Counted from the stretch's first letter, positions 37,198 to 47,316 are shown. The stretch: DNA of 64,000 nucleotides from Planctomycetota bacterium (GCA_965223505.1 CBDCWP010000013.1:32001-96000); one strand, 5' to 3'. Numbers and translations are program-made. Notes: a model not told the origin generated them from the sequence alone.

Positions 37198-38790
37198 ATG
37201 AGTGGACGTCGTTGGGGTGTGATGCTGAGTGTGGCCGGGATAGTTTTGCTGCTAAGCGTGGCGATTGCCGGGGCTCAGGACGAGCCCGTTCGGGGCGGCA
37301 CGTTGTTATGGTTTGACTACGCCGATCCCGCGCGCTTGGACATGCACACCGAATCGGGCTTGGCGGTGTCTCAGGCCATTGCCGGCCTGTACAGCGGCAT
37401 CGTGCAATGGGGGCCGGAGGAGCCGTTAAAAGTCGGCCCGGATCTGGCCGAGCGCTGGGAGCTGTCCGAGGATAAGCAAACTTACACGTTTCACCTGCGC
37501 CAGGGGGTGAAATGGCACGACGGCGAGCCCTTTACCAGCGCCGACGCGCTGCACAGCTTAAAGCGCATTCTCGACCCGGAAAAGCGCAGTCCGCGCTGCG
37601 GCGCGCTGCTGCGGCCCATGGTCGATGCGGTGGAGGCGCCCGACGAGTTCACCGTTAGCGTGCGCCTGAAATTTCAGACCCCGATCTTTTTATCCGCCCT
37701 GGCGTCGGCTTGGTGCAAAATCCTGCCCAAACATATCCTGGAGCGCGACGGCGACATGACGCGGGTGGAGAGCCAGATTGGCACTGGGCCCTTCAAGCTC
37801 AAAAAGTACGTGCGCGGCAACCTCATTGAATGGGAACGCAACCCGGATTATTTCATCAAAGGTTGGCCGTATCTGGACGGCGTCAAACAATATATTATCA
37901 ACTCGCGGCCCACACAGGTCGCGGCGCTGAAATCCGGCCGCATCGATCTCTTTCGCTTTCCGCTCAAACGCCCGCAGATTGAAGAGATCCTCAAGGCGCG
38001 CAAGGATCTGAACTATACGGAGATCCCGGTCGGCGCGATTCACCAGTTGCACATGAACACGAAAGTCGAGCCGTTTGACAACCCCGATATCCGCCGCGCC
38101 GTGCACCTGGCCATCGATCGGCACGTGATCGTCGAAAAAGGCATGGACGGGCTGGGGGTTCCGTGCGCCATTTTAGACCCGGATCTCTTTGGCGATTACG
38201 CCTTGCCGATGGAAGAAGTGCTGCAGATGCCGGGGTGCCGGCGAGACAAAGATGAAGACGTTGCCGAGGCGAAGCGCCTGGTGGCCAAGCACTATCCGGA
38301 GGGGATCGATATCGAGCTGTCGGTGCGATCGCTGCCCACGTATCTCGATCATGCGCCGTTGGTGATGCCGATGCTGAAAAAGATCGGCATCCGGGCCAAA
38401 CTCAAAACTTGGGAGAGCGCCGCGGGGTTCGCGGCCTGGGCGCGAGGGGATTTCACAGTCATTGGCTCACAGGCGACGGCGATGACCTTTATGGATCCGA
38501 GCGCGCCGTTCAACCTGATCTTCACCACCGAGAGCCCGCGCAATTACGGTCGGCTGCCCCTGCCGGAACTCGATGAGCTCTATGAGAAGAGTCTGCGCGA
38601 ACTCGATGAGAAAAAGCGCATTGAAATCTTCCACGACTATCAACGGCGCGTGCTGCTCGGCGCCGCGCCGGCGGTGACCTACGGTTGGGAACGCTCTCCG
38701 CAGTTCGTCGCCAAAAAGATCAAGGGCTGGTCGCGCGGTCCCACGGTCTACGACAACACCAGCTTCACCAACGTCTGGATTGAGAAGTAG
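37198..38790 (+). CDS. ABC transporter substrate-binding protein, family 5
   Basis: AAGGAG SD, signal peptide, PDLAERWE..D..TYTFHLRQGVKWHDG, IGTGPFK and RNPDYF. Confidence 0.93.
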   Translation: MSGRRWGVMLSVAGIVLLLSVAIAGAQDEPVRGGTLLWFDYADPARLDMHTESGLAVSQAIAGLYSGIVQWGPEEPLKVGPDLAERWELSEDKQTYTFHLRQGVKWHDGEPFTSADALHSLKRILDPEKRSPRCGALLRPMVDAVEAPDEFTVSVRLKFQTPIFLSALASAWCKILPKHILERDGDMTRVESQIGTGPFKLKKYVRGNLIEWERNPDYFIKGWPYLDGVKQYIINSRPTQVAALKSGRIDLFRFPLKRPQIEEILKARKDLNYTEIPVGAIHQLHMNTKVEPFDNPDIRRAVHLAIDRHVIVEKGMDGLGVPCAILDPDLFGDYALPMEEVLQMPGCRRDKDEDVAEAKRLVAKHYPEGIDIELSVRSLPTYLDHAPLVMPMLKKIGIRAKLKTWESAAGFAAWARGDFTVIGSQATAMTFMDPSAPFNLIFTTESPRNYGRLPLPELDELYEKSLRELDEKKRIEIFHDYQRRVLLGAAPAVTYGWERSPQFVAKKIKGWSRGPTVYDNTSFTNVWIEK

Positions 38791-38807
38791 CGGCCCGGCG
38801 CCAGCGC

Positions 38808-39170
38808 TTATCGAGGCGGGTTGGGCGCCCAACCTGTGGCGACGGGGCGTTGCCGTTCGCCCGAGGCGCTGACAAAACGGTATAGTCGGAAATTGAGGCG
38901 GCAAGAGCCGACGCGGATGTCATCGCCATCGACCAACTTGACAGGCTTGTTAGGCGTCAACTCTTCCTCCCGCACAAAGGTGCCATTGGAGGAGCCGAGA
39001 TCTTCGAGCATAAAGTCGTCGCCGCGCCGCGTAATGCGGGCGTGGCGGCGGCTCACTCGGGTATCGTCAATGGTGATGTCGCTTTCCTCGGTGCGCCCAA
39101 TGCTGGCGTCGTCACCCAGGTGAAACAGCCTTTCGGAGCCACTTTCGTTGTATAGTGCGAGAAATGCCAT
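38808..39170 (-). CDS. FHA domain protein (possibly truncated)
   Basis: IGR...SDI.I.D.RVSRRHA and EDLGSSNGTFV. Confidence 0.8.
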   Translation of the reverse strand: MAFLALYNESGSERLFHLGDDASIGRTEESDITIDDTRVSRRHARITRRGDDFMLEDLGSSNGTFVREEELTPNKPVKLVDGDDIRVGSCRLNFRLYRFVSASGERQRPVATGWAPNPPR

Positions 39171-39520
39171 GTTTGACCTGCTTCAATAAAATTCAGTTAT
39201 GGACTCGAAGTCACTCTTCCGCGTGTTAGAGGATAGCCGTCAATCGTCGAAGCATGCGAGAGGAAACGCTTTGGAGCCGCCACGGTCGATGCCTGTCATA
39301 CCTCGTGTTCGCATATCGCGCTGCATGTCTGGTTGGCTACGAGGGGGAGTAAAAGGGCATGGCCTTGCTGTATGGCGGCGGCTGGTCGAACAGCGCTAAA
39401 TAAAGCCTGCTCACATCCCAGCGAATCCTCGATTCACCTTCGATTATCCTACCTATCTGCTCGGCTTTCTTTTAGTGATCCGTGAGTTATTTAACGAAAA
39501 AACAAGGGGGAGCCAGAAGA

Positions 39521-39540
39521 GGGGGGAAGCGCTCCCCCCC
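39521..39540. repeat. GC hairpin (terminator or REP-like)
   Basis: GGGGGGAAGC-GCTCCCCCCC just downstream of the minus-strand stop at 39555. Confidence 0.4.
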
Positions 39541-39554
39541 TGGGTCTTGCGGGT

Positions 39555-39615
39555 TTAGTGAAAATACGGGATGACGTGACGCCCGAACAGCTTGATCGAG
39601 TCCATATCGAACCAT
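39555..39615 (-). pseudogene. Remnant of an LLM-class flavin-dependent oxidoreductase
   Basis: MDSIKLFGRHVIPYFH* is a typical LLM C-terminus; an out-of-frame MVRYGL start overlaps it. Confidence 0.6.
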
Positions 39616-39633
39616 GAGCGCCTTGGGATCAGC

Positions 39634-40866
39634 TTAGCGATTGGCGCGTTCGAGCAAGCACGACGCCAGCACCTGGGCGCCGGCCGCGAGGTCGGACGGC
39701 CGCGCGTTTTCGACCTCGTTGTGGCTGATGCCTTTTTCGCACGGCACAAAAATCATGCCGGTGGGGCAGACGCTGGCCAGGTGCATGGCGTCGTGACCAG
39801 CGCCGGAGAAGATGTCCATGTGCGGCAGCCCCAGTTGGGCGGCGTGTTGACGCAGGGCGTCAGCCATCTCCGCGCCGAAGTGCACTGGGGAAACCCGGCT
39901 GATGCGGGTGACCACGACCTGGCAGCCGCGCGCGTGAGCCTGGCAAGTGGGCTCGATCTGCGTCGTCAAGTGGTCGATGGTCTCTTGCTCCGGATGGCGA
40001 AAGTCAATGGTGAAAAACACCCGGCCGGGCACCGTGTTGGGCGAACCGGGGAAAACCTCAAAGCGGCCGACCGTGAAGCGCACGGTGTCGGTGTCATCCG
40101 CCATCACGGCTTCCAGAGCCCCGACGATTTCAGCGGCGGCTTTGAGAGCGTCCTTGCGGGTTTTGAGCGGGGCCGTTCCGGCGTGCGCCTCTTCGCCGAT
40201 GACCTCTACGGTGTAGCGATGCGACCCCTGGATGCCGGTGACAATGCCCACCTGCAGGCCGGCGGCCTCTAGGCGCGGCCCTTGTTCAATGTGCGCTTCG
40301 ACATAGGCGTCGACGGCGAAGCCGAGCGGCCGGCGGGCGATGTCCGGGAGGGCGTCGAGACTGCTTTGTAGCGCGTCGCCAAACGCGATGCCCGCCGGAT
40401 CGGTATAGGCAGCGAGGTCGTCGATGCGCGCCTTGCCGGAGAAGACGAGCGAACCGGTGCAACCGGGCTGAAAGCGGCTGCCCTCTTCATTGACCCAGGC
40501 CACGACTTCGAGCGGCCGTTTGGTGGCCGCGCCGCTTTCGTGGATGGCCTGCAGGGCTTCAAAGCCAGCTAATACGCCATAGGCGCCATCGAATTTGCCC
40601 CCGGTGGGCTGGCTGTCGAGATGGCTGCCGGTGAGCACGGGAGGCGCAGTGGGGTCTGCCCCCTCGCGGCGCACAAAGAGATTGCCGATGTCGTCCATGC
40701 TCACCGCAAAACCCAATTCGCGCGCCCAGGACGCCAGCAGTTGGCGCGCCTTCACATCCTCGGGCGATAGGGCCTGGCGATTCACCCCACCCTTAAGTGT
40801 AGCGCCGATTTGAGCCATGGTCATGTGACGGTTCCAAAGCCGTTGTTCATCGATCGCTAGGGTCAT
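39634..40866 (-). CDS. M20 Zn hydrolase, hydantoinase/carbamoylase (allantoate amidohydrolase / beta-ureidopropionase) family
   Basis: GSHLDSQPTGGKFDG, NEEGSRF, EAHIEQGP, AHAGT, SGAGHDA and GISH. Confidence 0.92.
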   Translation of the reverse strand: MTLAIDEQRLWNRHMTMAQIGATLKGGVNRQALSPEDVKARQLLASWARELGFAVSMDDIGNLFVRREGADPTAPPVLTGSHLDSQPTGGKFDGAYGVLAGFEALQAIHESGAATKRPLEVVAWVNEEGSRFQPGCTGSLVFSGKARIDDLAAYTDPAGIAFGDALQSSLDALPDIARRPLGFAVDAYVEAHIEQGPRLEAAGLQVGIVTGIQGSHRYTVEVIGEEAHAGTAPLKTRKDALKAAAEIVGALEAVMADDTDTVRFTVGRFEVFPGSPNTVPGRVFFTIDFRHPEQETIDHLTTQIEPTCQAHARGCQVVVTRISRVSPVHFGAEMADALRQHAAQLGLPHMDIFSGAGHDAMHLASVCPTGMIFVPCEKGISHNEVENARPSDLAAGAQVLASCLLERANR

Positions 40867-40876
40867 GTCGCGCTCC

Positions 40877-42649
40877 TTATCTGAGGCGTTCGAGTAAGCT
40901 GGCTAAATGCGCATCGCCGCTCGCAGGCGGCTGCCAGTCGACGTGCAGCACGGGTGCGCCGCAAGCTCGCAGGTGCGTGGCAAAAGCTTCCAGGCCGAGA
41001 TTGATCACCCGGGGGCCGTCGCGCAACAGGGCGGGAAGCTGGGATGGCGCCGGTGGCGTTGCGCTGGCAGTTAAAGCTGCGTCGGGAGGCTCGGCGTGTT
41101 GGCAGGGGACGATGGCGTCTGCAGGCGCGCCGACGATATGCGCCGCCAGGCGGACGGCCTGGGCGTTGCTGTCAGCCAGGATAAACCCGGCTGACGCCAG
41201 GGCGCGTCGCTGTTCCTCGTAACCCTGCGGGTCATCGGGCGCCCCGCAAACCGTGGCGAGACCGATGACCCGCCGCCCGCGTTGGCGCTCTTGCATGCCC
41301 CGCCAGGCGGCTGCCAGGGCTTCGCCAGGCGCCTCGTGCGACCCCCAGCCCAGCATGACATCGCACAGCACCACGGCGCTGCCGGGTTGCGCCGCTAGCT
41401 GCAGCAGGTGCTGGCGGCGAACCGCGGGATCGATCATGGGATGCGGCCGGCCGCTGGTGAATTGTTCGGCGCCGAGATCAAGCACGGCGTGAGAGGAGCC
41501 CTGATAAGAGCTATCCAGATTGGACTCGACCGGGTCCAAAACGCGCCGCAAGAGCCATAGAGCTTCCGATGCCAGCGTACCGCCGCAGTAGAGGCCATGG
41601 ATCAGGCGCTGGCCGGGCTGCAGGCCGTCTTTGGCGGCGTTTGCCGCGGCAATGAGATCGGGCGGCAGGGGTGTAGGTTCCGGGCGAGGGATCTCGTCTC
41701 TCGCCAGCGCCACCGCCGTCAGGGCGGCAGCTTCCAAGGTAGTTGCGCGATACAGACCAGGGATATCCGGCTGGGGTTGATCATCACCTATGAACGCGAG
41801 GACGCATGGTTTGTTGCTCTGAGCGGCCTCATGCGCCAAAACTCTGGCGACTTCAGGATCGGGCGGCTTGGAAATCAGCACGATGACGCGGGTGTCGGCG
41901 TCGCGCGCCAGCGCTTGCAGCGCCGCCCGCATGCTATGGCCGCCGAGATCGCGATGCAGATCGCGCCCGCCCACGCCGATGGCGTGCGACACGCCAACGC
42001 CCGCCTGCGCCAGCAGGCAACCGACTTGCTGCAGGCCCGTGCCTGAGGCGGCGATGAGGCCGACCGGTCCCCTTGGCCATTGGTTGGCGAAGCCGAGCGG
42101 CATGCCACGGATCATCGCCGTGCCGCAGTCCGGCCCCATGAGCAGCAAGCCGTATTCATGGGCCAGTTGCTTCAACTCCAGCTCGGCATCGAGATCGACG
42201 TGATCGCTGAAGAGAAACACGTGCAGACCCTGTTCCAGGGCGCGGCGCGCTTCGCGGGGAGCATACTGGCCGGGGACGGAGATGCAGGCGAGGTTGGCGT
42301 CCGGCATGCGGCGCAGCGCCGTCGCCAGCGTGCGCGGCGCTGTGTCGCCCGCCTTGTCGCGCCGCGCCTGATGCTGCAGGCACAGCTCCCGCGCCTGTTG
42401 CAAGGCCGTCTCGGCCGCCTCCGGCGCGTCGGCCTGCACGCAGATGAGCAAGTCGTTCGGCCCCGCCGCTTCGCCTGCCGGGGTGAGCAGTTCTGCATCG
42501 CGCAGCAAATCGCGGTTTTGCGGCGTCGCCATCATGACTGCCGCCTGGCGCACGTCGGGCAGCGATTCCAGAGTGCGCGACAACTGCATCAGCGCCACGG
42601 AATCCCGGTACAAACTGGGGAGAATGAGGCATTGGGTATGGGCGCTCAT
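40877..42649 (-). CDS. fdrA: FdrA family acyl-CoA synthetase-like protein
   Basis: YRDSVALM, ISVPG.YA, FSDHV, MGPDCGT, GVGGRDL, GGTL, GRPHPMIDP and C-terminal VINLGL..F...DWQPPA.G. Confidence 0.9.
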   Translation of the reverse strand: MSAHTQCLILPSLYRDSVALMQLSRTLESLPDVRQAAVMMATPQNRDLLRDAELLTPAGEAAGPNDLLICVQADAPEAAETALQQARELCLQHQARRDKAGDTAPRTLATALRRMPDANLACISVPGQYAPREARRALEQGLHVFLFSDHVDLDAELELKQLAHEYGLLLMGPDCGTAMIRGMPLGFANQWPRGPVGLIAASGTGLQQVGCLLAQAGVGVSHAIGVGGRDLHRDLGGHSMRAALQALARDADTRVIVLISKPPDPEVARVLAHEAAQSNKPCVLAFIGDDQPQPDIPGLYRATTLEAAALTAVALARDEIPRPEPTPLPPDLIAAANAAKDGLQPGQRLIHGLYCGGTLASEALWLLRRVLDPVESNLDSSYQGSSHAVLDLGAEQFTSGRPHPMIDPAVRRQHLLQLAAQPGSAVVLCDVMLGWGSHEAPGEALAAAWRGMQERQRGRRVIGLATVCGAPDDPQGYEEQRRALASAGFILADSNAQAVRLAAHIVGAPADAIVPCQHAEPPDAALTASATPPAPSQLPALLRDGPRVINLGLEAFATHLRACGAPVLHVDWQPPASGDAHLASLLERLR

Positions 42650-42674
42650 TGAGCCCGTCGCTCCTCTGCTGGGA

Positions 42675-43394
42675 TTACTGCGGCCGGAAGCCGCCGATGA
42701 TGGCGCTGCGCCCTTCTTTCCAAAAGCATTCCACCTCCCGGAAACCGGCCTCGCGCAACCAGCGCAATTGCTCTTCCAGCGAGATGGCCTCAAGGCTATA
42801 CGATGTCTGCGCCGTGGCCAGTCCCGACGCGTCATCGCTATCGCCCCGAATCCAAGGCGCCAGTTGCGTGGCCTGATCATAGGCTTGCGCTGCCGCCGGC
42901 CCTCCGACAAATATCAAATCGTAATTGAAAAAACAGCCGCCGGGGGCTACCACCTCAAAGACCTCAGCGTAGATGCCGCGAATGCGATCGGGGTAACGCA
43001 CATTGTGGATGGCGATGCCCGACACCACGGCGTCGAAGGAGCCCGTCAGCGCCTGATTCCAGTTGGGATCGCTGAGGTCGCAGGCGACAAATGAGATGCG
43101 CTCGGCGGCCCAGGCGAGCCGTTCCTGTGCCTGGGCGAACATAGGTTCAGAAAAATCCTGGCACACCAGTTGCGCTTTCGAAAAGCGCTCCAGCACCTGG
43201 GCGCTCAGGGCGCCGTAGCCCGCGCCCAGGTCGAGCACGCGGATAGCCTCGTCGGAGGCGCGCGGAATCAGGCTCGCCACGCGCCGCAAGATGGCTCGGC
43301 GCTCCGGGTCGCGCGCCGTGGCCGAGGCAACCCAGTCTGCAACGTACTGCTGCGAATGCCAGTCGTGGTGGCCGTGTGGATCGGACGTCGCCAT
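42675..43394 (-). CDS. Class I SAM-dependent methyltransferase
   Basis: VLDLGAGYG, DFSEPM, FDAVVS..AIH and PGG.F.N.D. Confidence 0.9.
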   Translation of the reverse strand: MATSDPHGHHDWHSQQYVADWVASATARDPERRAILRRVASLIPRASDEAIRVLDLGAGYGALSAQVLERFSKAQLVCQDFSEPMFAQAQERLAWAAERISFVACDLSDPNWNQALTGSFDAVVSGIAIHNVRYPDRIRGIYAEVFEVVAPGGCFFNYDLIFVGGPAAAQAYDQATQLAPWIRGDSDDASGLATAQTSYSLEAISLEEQLRWLREAGFREVECFWKEGRSAIIGGFRPQ

Positions 43395-43417
43395 GGTGTC
43401 GTCTCCCATTTTGAACA

Positions 43418-44638
43418 CTAATACATGTCCCAGTAATGCACGGCGTAGACCTGTTCGCACTGCGTGCGCAGGGCCGCGTCATGCGCGTACGCTTCCTCAA
43501 AGCGATTGACCTTGAACGCCTCTGCGGGAATCGTTGCCTCACCGCCGACGATATCGGCGGCGATGCGCCCGAGAGCGGGCGAGGACCAAATGCCGCCGAC
43601 CTGGCAGCCCGCCACGATGACCAGCCCCTGCACTTCGTCCACCTCAGAGACCATATACTGGCCATCCGGCGTCATGGTCGGCAGGCCCCGCCGCTCTTGA
43701 ATGACCCCAGCTTGCCGCAGCGCCGGGAGGTGCTCAGCGGCCGCATCGCTCAATTGCTGGTAGTAGATCTGATCCGCTTCTAAGTCAGGAATCTCAAATC
43801 GTTGCGGGAACCCATCCATATCAAAGCTCAGGGGGCGATAGCCGTAGCCGCCCACCAGCAGCCCGCCGGCTTCAGGCCGGGCGTAGACTTGCGTGTCAAC
43901 GATGCGCGCCACCGGCTGGCGCTCGTTTACCCCGGCTATCGGGGCGGTGACAAAAGCCTGATGCCGCACGGGAACGGCGCGCATGTTGAGGCCGAGTTGC
44001 CGGCTGAATTGCCGCGTCCAGGCCCCAGCCGCCAGCACCACCCAGCGGGTGCGGATGTCGCCGGCCTCGGTGCGCACAGTTTGCACCGCCCCAGCGGCGG
44101 TCTCAATACCAGTCACAGCTGTGCGCGTATAGATGGCGACGCCGCGGTCGCGCGCCCCGGCGGCATAGGCGGCGGCCACCGAGCGCGGCTCCACAAAGCC
44201 ATCGCGCGGCGCCAGGAGAATGCCTTTGGCGCCGGAGACGTCCAGCCAGGGCGCGAGACCCTGGGCTTCCTGCGGCGTCAGCAATGCCGCCCGGTCGCCA
44301 ATGGATTTCGCCATGTCGATGCGGGCGTGCAGACCCACGACATGTTGCTCGCTCATGGCGATGCGCAAGCTGCCGTTTTGGTGGAAGGGAATGGCGTAGC
44401 CGGTCTTGTCCTCAAAGCGCTCAAAAAAATCGAGGCAGTAGCTGGTAAAGGGCAAGAGGCGCTCGTTCGATGGCAGGTACGACGTCTGCCCGGCGGCGAA
44501 CGGCGTCGTGCCCCCGGCGATGGGCCCGCGATCGACTAGAACGATGCGCTCGTGTCCCGCGGCTGCCAGGTGAAACGCCGTGCTGGCGCCGAGCGCGCCG
44601 CCGCCAATCACAACGATATTCGCTTCGCGTGGGACCAT
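43418..44638 (-). CDS. FAD-dependent oxidoreductase, DAO / sarcosine oxidase beta family
   Basis: VIGGGALGAS, LAAGAW, GLPTMTPDG and SPALGR. Confidence 0.9.
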   Translation of the reverse strand: MVPREANIVVIGGGALGASTAFHLAAAGHERIVLVDRGPIAGGTTPFAAGQTSYLPSNERLLPFTSYCLDFFERFEDKTGYAIPFHQNGSLRIAMSEQHVVGLHARIDMAKSIGDRAALLTPQEAQGLAPWLDVSGAKGILLAPRDGFVEPRSVAAAYAAGARDRGVAIYTRTAVTGIETAAGAVQTVRTEAGDIRTRWVVLAAGAWTRQFSRQLGLNMRAVPVRHQAFVTAPIAGVNERQPVARIVDTQVYARPEAGGLLVGGYGYRPLSFDMDGFPQRFEIPDLEADQIYYQQLSDAAAEHLPALRQAGVIQERRGLPTMTPDGQYMVSEVDEVQGLVIVAGCQVGGIWSSPALGRIAADIVGGEATIPAEAFKVNRFEEAYAHDAALRTQCEQVYAVHYWDMY

Positions 44639-44815
44639 TTCGCTCTCCTTGTTTTTCGCATTGAGCCTCTCGACATCGCAGTGCGCGCCAATGGCGGCGC
44701 ATTGTAGCATGCTCCCCCAACGCGGCGCCAGTTGCCGAATTTCCTTTGGTGTCGCCAGGGTCAAAACATGCTATGGTGTCGTCCCGGAACCCTTCATATA
44801 GAGAGGAGAGGCGAT

Positions 44816-45268
44816 ATGGCAAGCGATCACGAACGCATGATGCGCATCGCGCTGGAAGAAGCGGCAATCGGCGGGGCGGAAGGCAATTCTGCGGTTGGCT
44901 CGATTATTGTCGACGGGGATCAAGTGGTAGCGCGCGGCCGCAATTTGGTGACCTCCAACTCGGACCCCACCGCACATGCGGAAACCGTGGCGCTGCGTAA
45001 CGCGGGCGCCGCCCTCAAGCGCACGGATTTTTCCGGCATGACTCTGTACACGACGTTCGAGCCGTGTCCGATGTGCTGCGGCGCTATTCTCGCTAGCGGC
45101 ATCGCCACGCTGGTGATGGGGGCGCGGCACGACCCGGCGCAGAGTCGCTGGGGCGGATACACGGTGGAGAGTTTGATCGCGCTGACCAACAGCGCTGATC
45201 AACTTACGGTGGTGACGGGGATATTGACGCAGGAGTGCGCTGACGTACGCAACGTCGAGTCAGCTTGA
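44816..45268 (+). CDS. Nucleoside deaminase (TadA/GuaD-like)
   Basis: DPTAHAE and EPCPMC zinc motifs. Confidence 0.92.
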   Translation: MASDHERMMRIALEEAAIGGAEGNSAVGSIIVDGDQVVARGRNLVTSNSDPTAHAETVALRNAGAALKRTDFSGMTLYTTFEPCPMCCGAILASGIATLVMGARHDPAQSRWGGYTVESLIALTNSADQLTVVTGILTQECADVRNVESA

Positions 45269-45293
45269 ACCTGAGCCAGCAAGGAGCAGCCCC

Positions 45294-46914
45294 ATGGACC
45301 TGATTGTCACCCCACGCCCGCATTCACACCCTAGACGCGGCCGACACCGTGGCCGAAGCCATCGCTATTCGCGATGAACAGATCGTCGCCATCGGCTCCA
45401 ATGACGATATTCTCGCGCTCAAAACCCCCAAGACTCAGCATCTGCGCGCCCAGGGCCTCACAGCGCTGCCCGGCTTTATCGAGCCGCACAACCACATGGT
45501 CGGCTTCGGCACGGCGCTGCTCGGCGTCGAGGTGCGCACCCCGCCCAACCGCAACATCGGCGACATCATCGAGCGCCTGCGCCTGCGCGCCGCGCAAACG
45601 CCGCCGGGCCAGTGGATTCTCGGGCGCGGCTACGACGACACGGCCATCAGCGACATGCGCCACCCCACGCGCGCCGATCTCGATGCGGCCTCGACCGATC
45701 ACCCCATCGTTATCTGGCACAACTCCGGGCACTTGCTGGCGGCCAACAGCTCGGCGCTGGAATTCGCAGGTATCCGGGCCGAAACGCCCGACCCCGCAGG
45801 CGGCCGCATCGGCCGACAACCCGGCAGCGCCGAGCCCGACGGCATCCTCTATGAAATGCCGGCCATGGGCATGGTGACCGGACAGATTCCCGCCTACGAT
45901 GACGCCGACGTGCAGCGCGGCTTCTTGCAAGCGCAGGCAGAGTATTTGCGCCAGGGCGTCACCTCGATTCACGACGCCCTGGTGGGCAACATGCGCGGCG
46001 TCAATATTCTGCGCGCCTATCAGCAGTTGCGCCGCGCCGGCGACTTGAAGCTGCGCGTTAACATGTTCCTGCAATACGATTTCTTACGCGATATGGAGTT
46101 CGCCCTGCAAAACGGCTTCGGCGACGACTGGCTGCGCGTCGCGGGCTGCAAAATCATCGCCGACGGCTCGATTCAGGGCATTACCGCGGCCTTGCGCGAG
46201 CCGTATTACTGCCACGACGACGAACAGGGCTGGCTCATCTACGAGCAGGACGAACTCAACGACATGGTGCTGAACCTGCACCGGCACGGCTACCAGATCG
46301 CCACGCACGCCAATGGCGACGCCGCGATTGATGCGGTGCTGGCCGCCTACGGCAACGCCCTGCGCGAGCTGCCAAAAGCGGATCACCGCTTTCGCATCGA
46401 GCACTGCCAGGTCTGCCATCCCGAGCACATCGCCAAAATCTATGAACTCGGCGTCATCCCCAACTTTTTCGCCAACCACGTGTACTACTGGGGCGACCGC
46501 CACCGCGACTTATTTCTAGGGCCGGAGCGCGTGAAATTCCTCGACCCCGTGGGCTCGGCGCTGTACGCCGGCATCCGGCCCATCCTGCACTCCGATTGCC
46601 CGGTGACGCCGGTGAGCCCGCTGTTTTGCATGCAGAGCGCCGCGGCGCGCCTGACCAGCTCCGGCCAAGTGCTGAACGCCCCCGAGCGCATCGTGGTGCG
46701 AGAGGCGATGCGAACGATGACGGCGAACGCGGCGCGCGCCGCCTTTGAAGAGCGCAAGAAGGGGACGCTGGAAGTGGACAAACTGGGCGACCTCGTGGTG
46801 CTCGCGCAAGATCCGTTTCGCGAAGCGCCCGAGGTGTTGGGGCAGATCGAAGTCGCCGCCACCGTGGTGGGCGGTCAGGTAATGCACCAGACCGACGCTG
46901 TGGGCGTGGATTAA
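45294..46914 (+). CDS. Amidohydrolase 3 (YtcJ-like), apparently frameshifted after codon 6
   Basis: PGFIEPHNH, KIIADGS, THANGD, RIEHCQ and HSDCPV. SD plus ATG 45294 is out of frame by one C at 45310-45313. Confidence 0.85.
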
Positions 46915-46928
46915 GTAAATTAAGTCCC

Positions 46929-47316
46929 TTAGCCCATCGGGTCTAGATCAGGCAGCCCCAGGACGATTTTCGCTTGGTGCTCATAGGCGATGTCGCTCAC
47001 CATCAGGTGCTGCGCCGCCGCGGCCCAGGCTCGCTGAGCCGATGAGCAGGCGCCAGCCGGCCGAGGTGTCGATGCGCGTCACAGCTTCAAAGACGTCGAG
47101 TTGGGTAATGAGGTCGGCCTCGGCGCCGCCCAGTTCCGCTGGCAGTTTGAGGAACAGGAGCCCCGAGTCGTAGAGGGCGTCAACGGTGCGCTTGGGCAGC
47201 GTGCCGAGCTGCTCAGCTTCAGCGGCGCCGGCGATCAGAGTGTCGCGCACGGCGTCGACTGCGTCGAACAGGACTTTTCGCTTCGCCTCGCGCTGGGTTG
47301 GAAACGCGGAGATCAT
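46929..47316 (-). pseudogene. Acyl-CoA dehydrogenase-family (HsaA-like) flavin monooxygenase with a large internal deletion
   Basis: N-terminal ~98 aa (LP..TVDAL...GL..L.LPAELGG.E) are joined out of frame to the C-terminal AAAQHLMVSDIAYEHQAKIVLGLPDLDPMG*. Confidence 0.75.

Noticed and set aside
42650..42910. N-terminal extension of FdrA in the ORF track
   Set aside because: It overlaps the methyltransferase gene; the family N-terminus starts at 42649.
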